Shown: positions 12,683-23,956 of the stretch, piece by piece
Layout of the letters: each line of letters opens with the position of its first letter
How positions within the stretch are numbered: position 1 is the first letter of the stretch
Source of the DNA: Diplonema japonicum
Taxonomy: Eukaryota > Protista > Euglenozoa: Diplonemea
DNA length: 64,000 nt
Direction of reading: 5' to 3'
Assembly (NCBI GenBank): GCA_964019335.1
Contig: OZ025693.1
Location: 186,001-250,000, forward strand
Made by a program: the position numbers and the translations under genes
Notes under the pieces: model-generated
Told to the model about the DNA's origin: nothing
The model's database searches: none
What the model saw: only the letters and a program-made list of their open reading frames with translations

Positions 12683-12734
<52 letters not shown>

Positions 12735-13379
12735 CCTGATGAATTTCGTAGCGGTCTCGCTTTCACCAACTGAGTCAATCACCTTGTATAGAGATGGGTT
12801 TACACTGGCGTCTTTTCGGTTGTTTTCGTCAGACCGTAATGCAACGGTAAGCTCAGGAATATGGTAACGTCCTATGTCTTTTGTTCGAGAGTATGACGGT
12901 TTTGCCTCAACGCATTTTGCCGCAGATTCAGAGGAGGTATATACGATGAAAATCCCGGGTTTATATCTCATTTTCCCATCCGTCTGCCTGTCTTTCCATT
13001 CTCGCCGATCGACCTTCTCGATTGCTCCATAGCGACCGAAAAATTTTTGCAGGTCTTCCTCCGTTGCACGGAATGGTATCGGTCTTGCAAACACCGTTCG
13101 TTTATACAGGTGTTTTTCTTCAGAAGGGGAGTCCGTCGGGCGGATGTGGCCGTTTTCTATGATAACCCCGCTGAAGGGTTGTGCTTGGAACGCTTGTGTT
13201 GCCATCTCTGCGAGGTCGTCCCTGTCGAGGACTCCACCGAAGGCCCTCAGTTGTCCTAGAGGAATACCCGCCGCTCTTTTCTCGAAGAGCCGCCACCACA
13301 TCTCATGCGTGTATAGGGTCTCCTGTTCAAAAAGCTCCTTAACCCTTCGCCGTATGGCCTTGTGGTCGGTAGTTGACAT
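12249..13379 (-). CDS. La-related RNA-binding protein (divergent La motif + RRM1 + second RRM-like domain); 4 exons (introns 12675-12735, 12521-12568, 12390-12436)
   Basis: RTVFARPIPFRATEEDLQKFF...KPGIFIVY resembles the kinetoplastid La RRM. Three GT-AG introns restore one frame ending in NLS-like PASKKQRTE*. Confidence 0.75.
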
Positions 13380-13686
13380 TTTTTTTTTTTTTTTTTTTGC
13401 TGCCTTTTGTATTTGAATGTGTCTTATAGAAAATAAAAGTTGGCGGGGGTAAACAACACTGTAAAAAAAAAAAAGTACTTCTCCCCGCCCCTGTTTCTTT
13501 TTTTTTTTTTGTTTTGTTTTGTTTCTTCTTTTTTTTTTGATGACACTTTTTCTTTTTTTTTTTTTGGGCTCATCCAGAAAAGAAGTATTTTTTTTTTAAA
13601 AAAAAAAAAGGAAATGTGTGCAGGCTGACAATAAAAAAAAAAAAAAATAAATAAAAAAAATAAAAAAAGTTAAAAGAAAGAAAACT

Positions 13687-14211
13687 CTAATCCTCGACGT
13701 TTTCTCCGTCTTCGCCTAGTTTTCTCCGCTTGGCTTTCTTTTCTTTTTTATCTTTCTTTTCTTTTTTGTCCTTCTTCTCTTTTTTTTCTTTATTTCCTTT
13801 TTTGCTTTTTCGCTCGTGGATTGCTGCGGCTACGGCAGCTGTGGCCGCCGCCGAAGGCGGCGGCACAGCACCCTGCATATCATCATCATATTGCCCATCT
13901 TCCTCATCAGATTCAACACTCTCGATATCATTGGCCCCATCGAACATGGATTGCTTCTGCTTGGCCACCATTTCGTCATAAAGTTCTGGATTTTCTGCGA
14001 TCCACTTTGACTGCTCTGCGGTTTTTATCCGTTTCCGGAGCTTGTTGATCCATCCCAGCATCTTCTCTGGTTTCTTCTCCAGAAGTATCGCCTTCTTGAC
14101 CTGCATGACCGCTTCCTCTTGGTGCTTAGCAGGCAGCCCCATCACAGCTTCCATCAACAAAACCTGGTACTCTGTATCGATTGCATCTACATACTTATCC
14201 ACATCTTCCAT
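13687..14211 (-). CDS. Hypothetical protein (174 aa) with KKE/D-rich, probably nucleolar tail
   Basis: ATG directly follows a poly(A) leader; helical N-half, acidic stretch and KEKKDKKEKK tail. Confidence 0.7.
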   Translation of the reverse strand: MEDVDKYVDAIDTEYQVLLMEAVMGLPAKHQEEAVMQVKKAILLEKKPEKMLGWINKLRKRIKTAEQSKWIAENPELYDEMVAKQKQSMFDGANDIESVESDEEDGQYDDDMQGAVPPPSAAATAAVAAAIHERKSKKGNKEKKEKKDKKEKKDKKEKKAKRRKLGEDGENVED

Positions 14212-14526
14212 TTTTTTTTTTTTTCGCCTTTTTTTTTTTTTTTTTTTTTTTTTTTCTTCAAGAAGGGGCGGAGAAACAAAAAAAAATGATATGAAAGGGG
14301 AGTAAAAAAAAAAAAATGGAGATGGGGGAAAAAAAGGGGGAAAAAAAAAAAATGCATAAAAAAAGTTTTTTTTTTTAATAAGTCGACAAAGAGAATGATT
14401 TTGGAAAATAAAAAATAAAAATAATAAAAAAAAGGGGGTGGCGTGTGAGGGGGGTAATTTAAAAAAAAAAAACACTTGAAAAAAAAAAACGGAGGGGGTG
14501 GTGGCTTTTTTTTTTTTTTTTTTTTT

Positions 14527-16110
14527 TTACAAAACCAACTGTTTCTTCTTTCTGACAATCCTGCGCTTTTTAATAGGCTGCCTCCTGACCCTTCCGCGGG
14601 CAAGTTTTTCGTCACGTGGTTTCGTGGCAACCGGTTTTTTCTTTTCCCCCTCACCATCCTCGGCATCGTCTTCACTCGCAGCGTTGCGAACAAGCGAATT
14701 CTCATCTTCATCATCATCATCATTACCGGAAGTAAAAGAGAGCGGGAGGACAAGGATGTGATTAGAAGCTTTGGAATCAGTATACCACCGTCCCAGACGC
14801 GGCTCCCTGCTAACAGTCACAACACAGTGCGTCCCACAACGGGGGAAGAAAATTGAGGAGGGAATCCCTCGAATGGGGTATGTTTTGAGCTTGTGAACAT
14901 CATTACAACCCGACTCCTCGGAGGGGATGAAATCAGCATCCTTAGAACCAATTCGCCAAAATTTCAACACATCCCCGAACCCACCCGAAGCCGCGAGATC
15001 TGAATAAGGCACAGTCCCAACAGCCGTAACCCAATTCGGTCGGGAAGGTGTGGGGAGAGATGATCCGACATTTTCCTGAATCTCGTCATGGGACATGGTT
15101 TGCTGCAAACCGTCACCGTCGCCGGACCAACCTGTTCCGTGAGCTTCGCGGACTCTGCACAATGGTCTTCTCTTGTTCAAATCCATGAGATTGAGGCATC
15201 CTTCAGACCCACCTACTAAATATCTCGAGTCTCCCACAAATGCGGAGCATTCCACCACACCGTTGCTCTCCGCGAAGGATGACGTCGTGCCCTTTTCGAA
15301 TTTGAAGAGACGGGTTGTGAAGTCGTCGCCGGTTGTCAACGCTTCGTCTCTCCATCCCGCTGCGACGGACGTGATTTTACCCGTGTGTCCGTAGAATGTG
15401 TCGAGGGGAACACCGTCTTCCGCTGCCCATACTTTTACAGTTCTATCTGCTGAGCCGGAAATGAGGATATTTTTGGAAATTCTGAAGGAGAGACCGGTGA
15501 TGGCTCCACGGTGGCCTTTCAGTTCGTGGATTTCTGTGCCGTCGTCAGCGTTAAATACCTTGATGGTGCCGTCGGAGGCTCCTGTTGCTATGAGATGTGG
15601 GAACTTTGCTTCAGCGGTTTGCATAGTTGATCGGTCGCCCCTGGCGTGCACGCCTACAGTGTGCTTTGGGATGTTTGTTACGGTCATGGTTAGAACCTGG
15701 CCTTTGTGGCGGGACATTTGAACCCATTCTGTTTTCTCCGGGAGGTTCATTCTGAAGACGTTTCCGTTCTTGTCGCCGTACCACAGCCATTGGCCGTCTT
15801 CTGTGAGGATCGCGCATGTGGCGGCGCCCCTTGCGACGGGGATTTTCACTTCTTTTCCGATTTTCAGTAAACTTGCGAGTTCTTTCCATTCTCTGCCGCC
15901 CATCTTCATGGCCTCCAGCCGGAGTCGCTCTGCGACCAGCGCGTCGTCTTCTTCCTCGTCACCGTCTTGTTCGATGTTATTGTCCTCGTCCATCTCTTCA
16001 GGCTCGTTGTCCACAACCACCGCGTCATCGTCTGAGACCACGTCGGCTTCCAAATCCATCACGTTCCTCTTTCTCGTCACCTTACGCCTTCTTACAATGC
16101 GCTTTCCCAT
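14527..16110 (-). CDS. RRP9: U3 snoRNP WD40 protein Rrp9/U3-55K
   Basis: Acidic N-terminus, WD40 repeats (GHRGAITGLSFR, SADRTVKVW), NWVTAV...YSDLAASG and the diagnostic SREPRLGRW. Confidence 0.9.
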   Translation of the reverse strand: MGKRIVRRRKVTRKRNVMDLEADVVSDDDAVVVDNEPEEMDEDNNIEQDGDEEEDDALVAERLRLEAMKMGGREWKELASLLKIGKEVKIPVARGAATCAILTEDGQWLWYGDKNGNVFRMNLPEKTEWVQMSRHKGQVLTMTVTNIPKHTVGVHARGDRSTMQTAEAKFPHLIATGASDGTIKVFNADDGTEIHELKGHRGAITGLSFRISKNILISGSADRTVKVWAAEDGVPLDTFYGHTGKITSVAAGWRDEALTTGDDFTTRLFKFEKGTTSSFAESNGVVECSAFVGDSRYLVGGSEGCLNLMDLNKRRPLCRVREAHGTGWSGDGDGLQQTMSHDEIQENVGSSLPTPSRPNWVTAVGTVPYSDLAASGGFGDVLKFWRIGSKDADFIPSEESGCNDVHKLKTYPIRGIPSSIFFPRCGTHCVVTVSREPRLGRWYTDSKASNHILVLPLSFTSGNDDDDEDENSLVRNAASEDDAEDGEGEKKKPVATKPRDEKLARGRVRRQPIKKRRIVRKKKQLVL

Positions 16111-16181
16111 TTTTTTTTCTTTTTTCTTTTCCCCTCTTTTTTTTTTTTTTTTTTTTTTCCAAGAAAAAGAGGGGAAAAAAA

Positions 16182-16225
<44 letters not shown>

Positions 16226-16252
16226 ACACTTAACCCCTTGTGTTTTCCCCCC

Positions 16253-16812
16253 TCACAGCCTGGTAGATATTTTGCTTACGATCGCGTCCTCCAAGGTGCC
16301 TATCCGTAATTCTTCATCCTTGATTTTGTAAATCTGTGTGTAAAATTGAAAGATTGTTGTTTGTAGTTGTTGTTCTAACCCCATACTTTTCTAATCCCGT
16401 CTGTATCGGTGAATCTCGTGAGGCTTTCGATGTCGCATATTTTCCCGTCCACCACAGACGCGATGTAGTCACTGAGTTTTTGCATCGCGACAGGTTCGGG
16501 ATCCTCTGAATACGAGCCGAAGATGAGAGCTTTAGAACCCTTTTTGGGGCCGAAAGTGCCGTAGGCCTGAGAAATAGTCCTGCTTGGGGACAATGTGTAA
16601 AGGACCTCGCTGTTGATGTTTGAGGTCTTGAGCTTGTTGCGGCTCAAGGCACCGACTGCCGTGTGCGCAGCCACACGAAGCGCGAAGAGAGATATAACAA
16701 GCGAGGGGTCTATAAGACCTGCATCAAGATCGCCTGATTTTAACCGGGAAATCACCTCATCCATGTTGGTGACATCTGTCACTACAAAGAAATTGAACCT
16801 GCCGGGTGACAT
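16253..16812 (-). CDS. CGI121: KEOPS subunit Cgi121/TPRKB; 2 exons (intron 16334-16386)
   Basis: LKTSNINSEVLYTLSPSRTISQAYGTFG; spliced C-terminus IRKIYKIKDEELRIGTLEDAIVSKISTR. Confidence 0.92.
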
Positions 16813-17094
16813 ATTTTTCCCACCCTTCCCTTTTTTTTTTTTTTTTTTTCCCTTTCAATACACACGAAAAAATGAAATATAAGAACACCTCAGCTGAGGC
16901 CATGGGATACCTGCTCAGCACCATTATGGAAAGAACGAGTTTACATCAGACGCGAGAATGAAGCCAGGGGGCGCTGGACAGTACATCGAAGGTTTGTCGG
17001 AGAACAAACAGAAAAAAAAAAAAGAAAGAAACACTATCTTTTTTTTTTTTTTCTCTCTTTTTTTTTTTTTTTTAAAAAACCCCACTCTTTTTCC

Positions 17095-18063
17095 TCACCA
17101 CCTGCCCATCCTTTCCGCCAACTGCGCCATTGTCCCCGCCGTCGGTGCCAACGTGGACAACGACGACGACAAGGCTTTCGGGACGTCAGAGGAAAGCCGT
17201 TGAAGAGATGCGTTCGCTTGTGTATACTGTGCGGGGGGGGAAAGTTTTTTTTTTTTTAAATATTATTATTCCCTCCCCCATACCAGTTCAAAATCATTAC
17301 CTGTCGGCTTCTTCGCACTTTCCAGCAAAGCGACTGAGGAACCACCGTTTTCAATCCCTTGCGAGACCTGTGCAAGGCGGTCCAGGATTGCTGGGATGTG
17401 CTCTTGGAAGGCTTTAATAGACTCCGAGACGGAGTACAATATTGAGATTTTGGCAGAGGCGGCCGAAGCTGATAACGCGCAGTAAGTGTCTCGTCTCAGG
17501 AGAAGGTCGTCCTTTGCTTTTTCAAGTTGCGTGAGGAGGTCCATGATCGTGCGAAGCTCTGTTTGATTTCCCAGCACTGCAAACCGCGCTTCGATCTGCG
17601 TTACCGATGCGTCCAGTGCGTTTGTCAGAGAAGCCTCAGTGTAGCCGTTGGGACACCCAATGAGCGCTTCAAGCTCCGAAACTTCCTTTTCAAGCTGTAA
17701 AAACTCTTTTATATGCTTTAATTTCTCGATTTTTTCCCCGTTTTGTTCCGGGGCCGGCTCAGCGGGAACGACAGCGGGCTGTGATTCAGGTTCTACCACG
17801 CACAGCCGGTTTACCTTTTCTCTTATTTCGTTTTGGTCCAGACACCCCGCCAGCCCGGGTCCCTCTTCATTCCTCTGCTTTTCCTCCTTGTCTAAATTTT
17901 TCAACGCCGCCTCTATCTTCTCACTTGAACCTTTTAATTCTTTCTTCATCACCGAATTGTTGTCTGTAACATGCTGCATGAGGTCGTCCCGTATCCCTTT
18001 AGAGATAAACTCTCGTTGCCCATCAGTGTCGATCCCAGGCAGGCTTAATATACTGCGCGTCAT
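17095..18063 (-). CDS. DCTN2: Probable dynamitin (dynactin p50); 2 exons (intron 17227-17283)
   Basis: N-terminal LPGIDTD motif, coiled coils, LEKEVSELEALIG, KISILY and IPAILDRL. Confidence 0.6.
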
Positions 18064-18178
18064 ATTGGTTTTTTTTCTTTTTTTTTTTTCCCTTCTTTTT
18101 TTATAAATGGAAGGAAGAAGAAGGGGGGGGGGGGGAAGGGGGAGGGTAATATAATATTTATAAACATCTAAAAAAGTT

Positions 18179-18559
18179 TTACAACCCGCAGGCGGCTCTT
18201 CTTTTCTCCGCTGCGTGCCTCACCGCATACTCTTTTCGTGCTGTTTTTAGCTCGGTTTGTGTTGCAGTCGGTCGTTTTTGTTGCTGGTTCCATCGTTCTC
18301 GTCTCTCTGCTTTGTTCTTCTCGTTGTCCTTCTGCTGCTCTTCTTTCTGCATCCTTCTGTGGATCCACGTCATGTGTTCGCCTCCGAGTTCCGCCAACGC
18401 AGGCCCGGTACAAACTACGGGACAGGACGCATGTTTTGTCGACCGAAAGGGTTGCACACGTGCGGGTTTCGTTTTCCTTATTTGCTGTTCCTGAAGACGT
18501 TTCCCCTGCTGGTGTTCCCGTTCCAACTCCCGTTCAAGAGCCAGCAGCTCAGCGTCCAT
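18179..18559 (-). CDS. Hypothetical charged coiled-coil protein (weak TPX2-like QPF motif)
   Basis: ATG after an A-rich leader, 126-aa ORF on the cluster strand. Confidence 0.6.
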   Translation of the reverse strand: MDAELLALERELEREHQQGKRLQEQQIRKTKPARVQPFRSTKHASCPVVCTGPALAELGGEHMTWIHRRMQKEEQQKDNEKNKAERRERWNQQQKRPTATQTELKTARKEYAVRHAAEKRRAACGL

Positions 18560-18610
18560 TTCTTTTTTTTTTTTACCTTTTTTTTTTTTTTTTTTCCATT
18601 ATAACTTTAA

Positions 18611-20387
18611 CCCATAACACTCCAAGGCGCAAATATTTGTCGTTTTGAAAAATCGTTTTTTTCTCTAAGTACTTTTTCGTCCCCACGACCCCTGGATCCC
18701 CAAGAACGACTATAGTGAGGAGTTATTTTCAACTGCAATTCATGTTGCACTGCATCACTTTACCTTGTTATCCACCCACCAAGTGGGTCCCAAATCCGAG
18801 TGGATAGGCGAAAAAACGCAAAATAACGGGTGTGCAGACTGTGTCCAAAAAACGCAAAGGTAAAGCCAAAACAGCTACGGACGAGGTCCAACCTTCATGG
18901 GTAAGGGAGTTGGTACCCATAGAGACCATAAAATAGGCCGGTGGGGGGGAAAAAAGCTGTCCCGTGGTACGCAGAAACCTGACGACGCAAAATGATTATT
19001 CCTTCGGTTTTTTGATAAGAAGTTCACAGACGTCATCCAAGAAGAGACAAACAAGCATAAGGACGCTGAGATTGATAAGATTTCGACCCAGGACTCCACC
19101 GCTTTCTCGGATTGAGCATTATAATGGGTTTGCGGCGTGCCCAGAATTAGCAAACGTATTGGTCCACAGGACCCATGAAAATCCCCCTTTTCAGTAACAC
19201 GAAGCCCAGGAGACGCTACCAGGAAATTAAAAGTAGCCTCCACTTCACTCACACAGAAGAGTCAAACGGTGATGTGTTGTGGAAGACACGAGGGTTTCTG
19301 GACAGAATTGGTAACAAGTGGGCAAAAACAGCAGTGCCAGGAAAATATTTAAGCATTGACGAGACACTCGTACCGTCACGGGGCAATTGGGGGGGCTTGG
19401 GGTCTACTGTCCTCTCAAGCGTAAGAGATATGGCATAAAAATAAACTGCCTAAACTGCGTGAGCACGGGTTATCTTTCGCGTTTTCACATCCACGCCACC
19501 AAAATCGAGGGGCACGCACTTGAAGATTTCAGTGTCGTGGAAAAGGTGGTGCCGGGGTTAACGGGGAATTTTCGGGGAACGACAACACGGTAGTTTGCAA
19601 TAACTACTTTTCGACTGTGGGTCTGGCCGAAGCCCTGTGAAAAAACTGTGAGGGGGCTTGCATTTCGTTGGAGTGTTGCGGACTCTTCTGGTGGGCCCTA
19701 GAAGTGACAATAGTTAACTGCCTTGCACTTTAAATAAAATATGGTTAGGGTTCAGCCAAAGAGATACAAAACCCTGGCTGCTTTTAAAGAGCGCTTTCGA
19801 GAGAGCCTAAATGATGGGTCCAGCGTTGCAAAAACACCACTCCCGGCACCCAACTAGTGGAGCACACCCGACACCCCAGATTACACCAAACGTGACCACC
19901 AACCACTCAAAGGGGGCAACTCCAGGTTCTGCAGGTTGAAAGGATGACACAAAACGCACAATCTACAAATGCTACACCTGTAACCAACACCTCTGTCCAA
20001 ATAAGTGCTTTTTTCGTACCACTCTTCCATCACCCCAAAAAGGCTTCTTGACGATTTCGAGGCCGATATTCCACCGCAAATAGGCACTTCTCTCGGTCTG
20101 AGACATCTGAGGGGTCCTGATGCTGCTTTTTTTGTCCCAAGATGCTCAATTTACACCCCCCCGTGCACAACCCATTTTGACATGGTCGTTTTTGAGCACC
20201 CTACGGCCATTCAACTCTTCATCCCCTTTGTATTTTTATTAATTTTTGAGCTTTTTTTTAAATTTTCCTGGTCCAAAAAACCCGCTTTACCTGCAAACGG
20301 GGGTTAAATGCTGCCATTTTCCCCGTCAAATTATGAAAAAGAGCAAAAAAGGGGCCCCTATGTAGATAGGCCCCGGAGTGTTATGGG
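18611..20387 (+). mobile_element. Decayed piggyBac-superfamily transposon with both ends intact
   Basis: TTAA|CCCATAACACTCC ... GGAGTGTTATGGG|TTAA. Broken transposase pieces PGKYLSIDETLVP, YCPLKRKRYGIKI, NNYFST, and C-terminal YKCYTCNQHLCPNKCFFSYH. Confidence 0.92.
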
Positions 20388-20423
20388 TTAAAAAAAAAAA
20401 AAAATTCAAATATCAATACACCA

Positions 20424-21036
20424 CTACATGTTATTCGCAAATTTGCTTTTAAATGCGCGGCGTTTCCGTGTCACCCCGGTTGTGACCGTCTCGTTCGGGA
20501 GGCCGCCCATGACGCTGTTGCAGACCGAGGACGGGTTTTCAAACTTCAGCTCGTTCCAGGGTTTACAACCTCTTTTTTTGTGGCGGTGGCCGAGCCTTGT
20601 GGGGTGCTGTCGGAGGATCACGGCAGTCCCCGAGACGTGTGTGAAAAAATAGGTTGACGGTGGGATCCACCAAATAGGGACGAACGGGAGACGACGCACC
20701 CAGGAAGTCGCGATCTGTTCGCGAAGATTCACAACGGCATTCGCGCCCTTGAGCTCTGCTCGCTCTAAGGTTCTTCCCACAGCCTTTTGCATCGAACTCA
20801 AAATGTGTTTTTTCGCCTGTGTAAGCTGTCCTCCCATAACTGTTTCGACAGAATCTAAAAAATGTGGTGAGTTTTTGTGTTTGTGGCATACTCTTCATGT
20901 CACTGTAGCCTCCCCCGCACTCGCAGCACGACCCCGAAACGACACCCAACTCCTTCACTATGTAGAATCCCTGTATATTAGCCCTGTTTGAAAACATCAG
21001 TTTACTGAGCTTGCTGAGCCGCGTAAGTTGTCGCAT
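20424..21036 (-). CDS. YbjQ/UPF0145 (putative heavy-metal-binding) family protein; 2 exons (intron 20855-20891)
   Basis: IQGFYIVKELGVVSG...GG....AELKGANAVVNL...VSGTAV. A 37-nt GTATGC..TTTAG intron joins the two ORF-track frames. Confidence 0.85.
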
Positions 21037-21052
21037 TGTGTATTTCTATTTT

Positions 21053-21089
<37 letters not shown>

Positions 21090-21105
21090 TGGAAAAAAAA
21101 AAAAA

Positions 21106-21142
<37 letters not shown>

Positions 21143-22017
21143 CAGGAAAAAAAAAAAGGAGGTTAAAAAACACGTTAGTATTATTGGAACCCATGTTTTT
21201 TTTCTTTGTCCCCCCCCCCCTTTTCCTCTTTTCTCCTTCCCTAGGCAAAATGTGTCACATTTTCCCCCCATTTTCTTTTTTCAAAATTTGCACAGACTTG
21301 ACAGTTTTTTTTTTTTTTTTTTTTTTTTTTAACCCTGAACAGGGGCTCTGATCGTGTTAAGAGATGAAATCAAGGGGATAGGGGTAGGGGGGGGAATAAG
21401 TTCGTGTTACCCTCTCGTGAGGACAGAGTGAAGGAAAAAAAAAAAAATACGGGTGGGGTAGGTAGGAAGGGAGAGGAAAGAGGGGAAGGGAAAGAGAAAA
21501 AAAAAAAGTGGGTCCAATATAATGGGAAACCCCACTTTTATCGTTTTTTATTTTGCCAGAATGAAAAAAAAAAAAAAAACTAAGCAAATTAATAAAGAAC
21601 TTTTATGAAGGGGAGGGGAGGCGAAAAATAAAAAAGGTGGAGGGGAGGGGTGCTTCTTTACAACTAAAAAAAATTCCTATTTAAAAAAATTGAACCAAGG
21701 GAGGCACTCTTTTTTTTTTCTCCCTTGGTACCCCACTCTTTCTCCCCCCCTTTTTTTTCCATTCTGCCGTTTTAAACGAAGCGGAGGGAAAAAGGAAGGA
21801 GGAAAAAAAAAAAAGATGTCTTTGAAGGGAACCTGCAGTAAGTGACAGGATCGCCTCAAAAAAAAAAAAAAAAAAAACATCACTAGATGGAAAAACTGGC
21901 TTTTCAAAAAAAAAAAAAAAATACAAATACAATTGGATTGAAAAAAAAAAAAAAAACGGCACCTAAAGATACCAGTGGAAAGAAGAAGAAAAAGAAATAT
22001 CTCACACATTCATTTTC

Positions 22018-22464
22018 TCATTTCAGCCTTCGTGAAGGCGGCGGTGGTGCGGACTTTGCCTTGCCAACCGGTATGTTTGTAGGGCTGGCGTCGTTGGCAG
22101 CTATTTGCTTCTCATTGGTTTTACCACATCTGTTGACCCCCGGGCGCCTTGTGTGCTTCGAAGGTGCTCTACGCACGCACGGGGGCGTCTTCCGCCTTCC
22201 CCTCTGCACAATGCTTGAAAGCTTCCCAGTTGAAAAACTATTTTTGAATCCGGTAAGTTGCTTTCTCTGTACATCTCTCCTGTGCCGAGGGGGGCTTGGA
22301 CACGACTCCCTGCACTCCCCCCACGCCTTGTCGAAAGAAACATAAGGATCACTCGCTCGCCTGCCCGAACCAACTGACGAAACGTTCCTCGAACCCAAAG
22401 ATCTCCCTTGCGAAGGCACCGAGCAGTCCATTCTCCATTTCCTCACACTCACTAACCCAACCAT
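22018..22464 (-). CDS. Hypothetical basic protein
   Basis: ATG directly after poly(A); the only non-homopolymeric block in the spacer; no recognisable motif. Confidence 0.45.
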   Translation of the reverse strand: MVGLVSVRKWRMDCSVPSQGRSLGSRNVSSVGSGRRASDPYVSFDKAWGECRESCPSPPRHRRDVQRKQLTGFKNSFSTGKLSSIVQRGRRKTPPCVRRAPSKHTRRPGVNRCGKTNEKQIAANDASPTNIPVGKAKSAPPPPSRRLK

Positions 22465-22624
22465 TTTTTTTTTTCTTTCTTTTTTTAAAACAACTTCTTC
22501 CCCCCCTCCCTCCTTTTTTTTTTTTGGGATTTTCCGAAAAAAGTGTAGGGGGGGAGAAAGAAAAAAGAAAGAGATACCTCAGCACTCTTATTTTTTTTTT
22601 TTTTTTTTTTTTAAATTTGCTTTC

Positions 22625-23956
22625 CTACATATCCCTTGCATGATCATAGTCCCCAGAGAGGATCCATCTCGCTGTACTGTAGATTCCAAGGGAGATTTTG
22701 CTGGCGGAGTATGACAGGGGGTTCCACTGCCTTGATTCGAAACGCTCTGTAGTGAGAAGGTCGCATTTCGAGGTGTCAAAGAGAAACTGTTGCTCAACAA
22801 GCGCGCAGACTTCCGGGTGCGCAAAACCCATGTTCGCCTCAAGGATACGGTCGGAGAGCAGATCGAGGTTGTACGAACCAAGCGAAGCAAATGCCCCGTC
22901 TACAGAAAACATCTTGGCGTGCATAACCTCACCTGGTGTGTTGTATTCATAGATTTTAACACCGGAAGCCAAGGCGGAAGGGAACCAGTTTTGCTGGACG
23001 TGCCTCATGATAGGAGGGTCGGTGGTACCTTTCCCGCCTACACATATTCGTACGTCAACGCCTCGTAGGGCCGCTTCCTCCAATGTTGTTTGTAAATGTT
23101 CCGGTGGAGAGTAGTATGGTGTTGTGATCCAAATCCTGTCCTTCGCTTCCTTCATTGCGATGAACAGGGATTTTTGAAGCCCGTAGTCTCGGGACCAGGG
23201 GTCGCAGCCTGTCAGCTGCGCGTCGACACCGTTCACGGATACCGGCTTGGCAACCGTTACATCACCGGAAAACACTTCGATTTTCTCCCGCGGAAGGATG
23301 CACGGGAGAGCGTGCAATTTACCCAACCATTGCATCCACGATTCCCTGTCGCTTCTGTTGATCGGTGTGCATGGGAGTTTCATAGTCTCGCAGACCATTT
23401 CTTTTAAATCCATAACAGCCGGGCCCTTCACCTTTACCATGTTGTCGCGGAACGTCTTCCCTGCTGTGAGGTACAATCCTGTGCAAGGACGCCCTGCGTA
23501 TTCGTTGCCTATGTTGAGGCCGCCGATGTAGCCTATGTTTTCGTCGATGACGAGGATTTTACGGTGGTTTCGAAGTACAGGGGATTCGAGGAACGCGAAG
23601 CCCGAGGTGCCGAAGTCCCACCACGTTCTCCAAAACGGGCGGAAACAGGTCACCGAGCCGTTCTCGTCGTTCTGAAGATCTCGGATTAGTTTTTTTCTTC
23701 CTGTGATGTTGCCGGCGTCGTCGTAGAGGAGGCGCACCTTGACCCCGCGGCCCGCGGCGTTGTGGAGCCTTGCCAGGGTTTCCTCGCCCACACCGTCGTG
23801 CTTCATGATGTAGGTTAACATCAGAATCTCTTCCTTCGCCCCGTCGATCTCCCTCCAGATGTCCTCCATCACCTCCGAGGTGTTGTAGAACACGGACACC
23901 TCGTTCCCTTTGCTCTGCCTCCCAAGATGCGATAATTTGTGGAATATCGATTGCAT
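22625..23956 (-). CDS. cls: Bacterial-type cardiolipin synthase (PLD superfamily, ClsB-like)
   Basis: Two HKD motifs (RNHRKILVID..GGLNIG; MHAKMFSVD..GSYNLD), AAGRGVKVRLLYD and IWITTPYY. Confidence 0.88.
   Translation of the reverse strand: MQSIFHKLSHLGRQSKGNEVSVFYNTSEVMEDIWREIDGAKEEILMLTYIMKHDGVGEETLARLHNAAGRGVKVRLLYDDAGNITGRKKLIRDLQNDENGSVTCFRPFWRTWWDFGTSGFAFLESPVLRNHRKILVIDENIGYIGGLNIGNEYAGRPCTGLYLTAGKTFRDNMVKVKGPAVMDLKEMVCETMKLPCTPINRSDRESWMQWLGKLHALPCILPREKIEVFSGDVTVAKPVSVNGVDAQLTGCDPWSRDYGLQKSLFIAMKEAKDRIWITTPYYSPPEHLQTTLEEAALRGVDVRICVGGKGTTDPPIMRHVQQNWFPSALASGVKIYEYNTPGEVMHAKMFSVDGAFASLGSYNLDLLSDRILEANMGFAHPEVCALVEQQFLFDTSKCDLLTTERFESRQWNPLSYSASKISLGIYSTARWILSGDYDHARDM

Noticed and set aside
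20424-21036. Apparent programmed frameshifts or stop-codon reassignment in split genes
   Set aside because: Every break in host genes is explained by a canonical GT-AG intron, and TAA, TAG and TGA all act as stops.
21040-22010. Many short Phe/Lys-rich ORFs in spacers (here and throughout)
   Set aside because: Products of poly(T) and poly(A) tracts; N-terminal poly-K/F extensions on real genes were trimmed to the ATG after the A run.
22625-23956. Bacterial-type cls as recent horizontal transfer or contamination
   Set aside because: PLD-type cardiolipin synthases are established in kinetoplastids and other protists, and the gene sits in normal host context.
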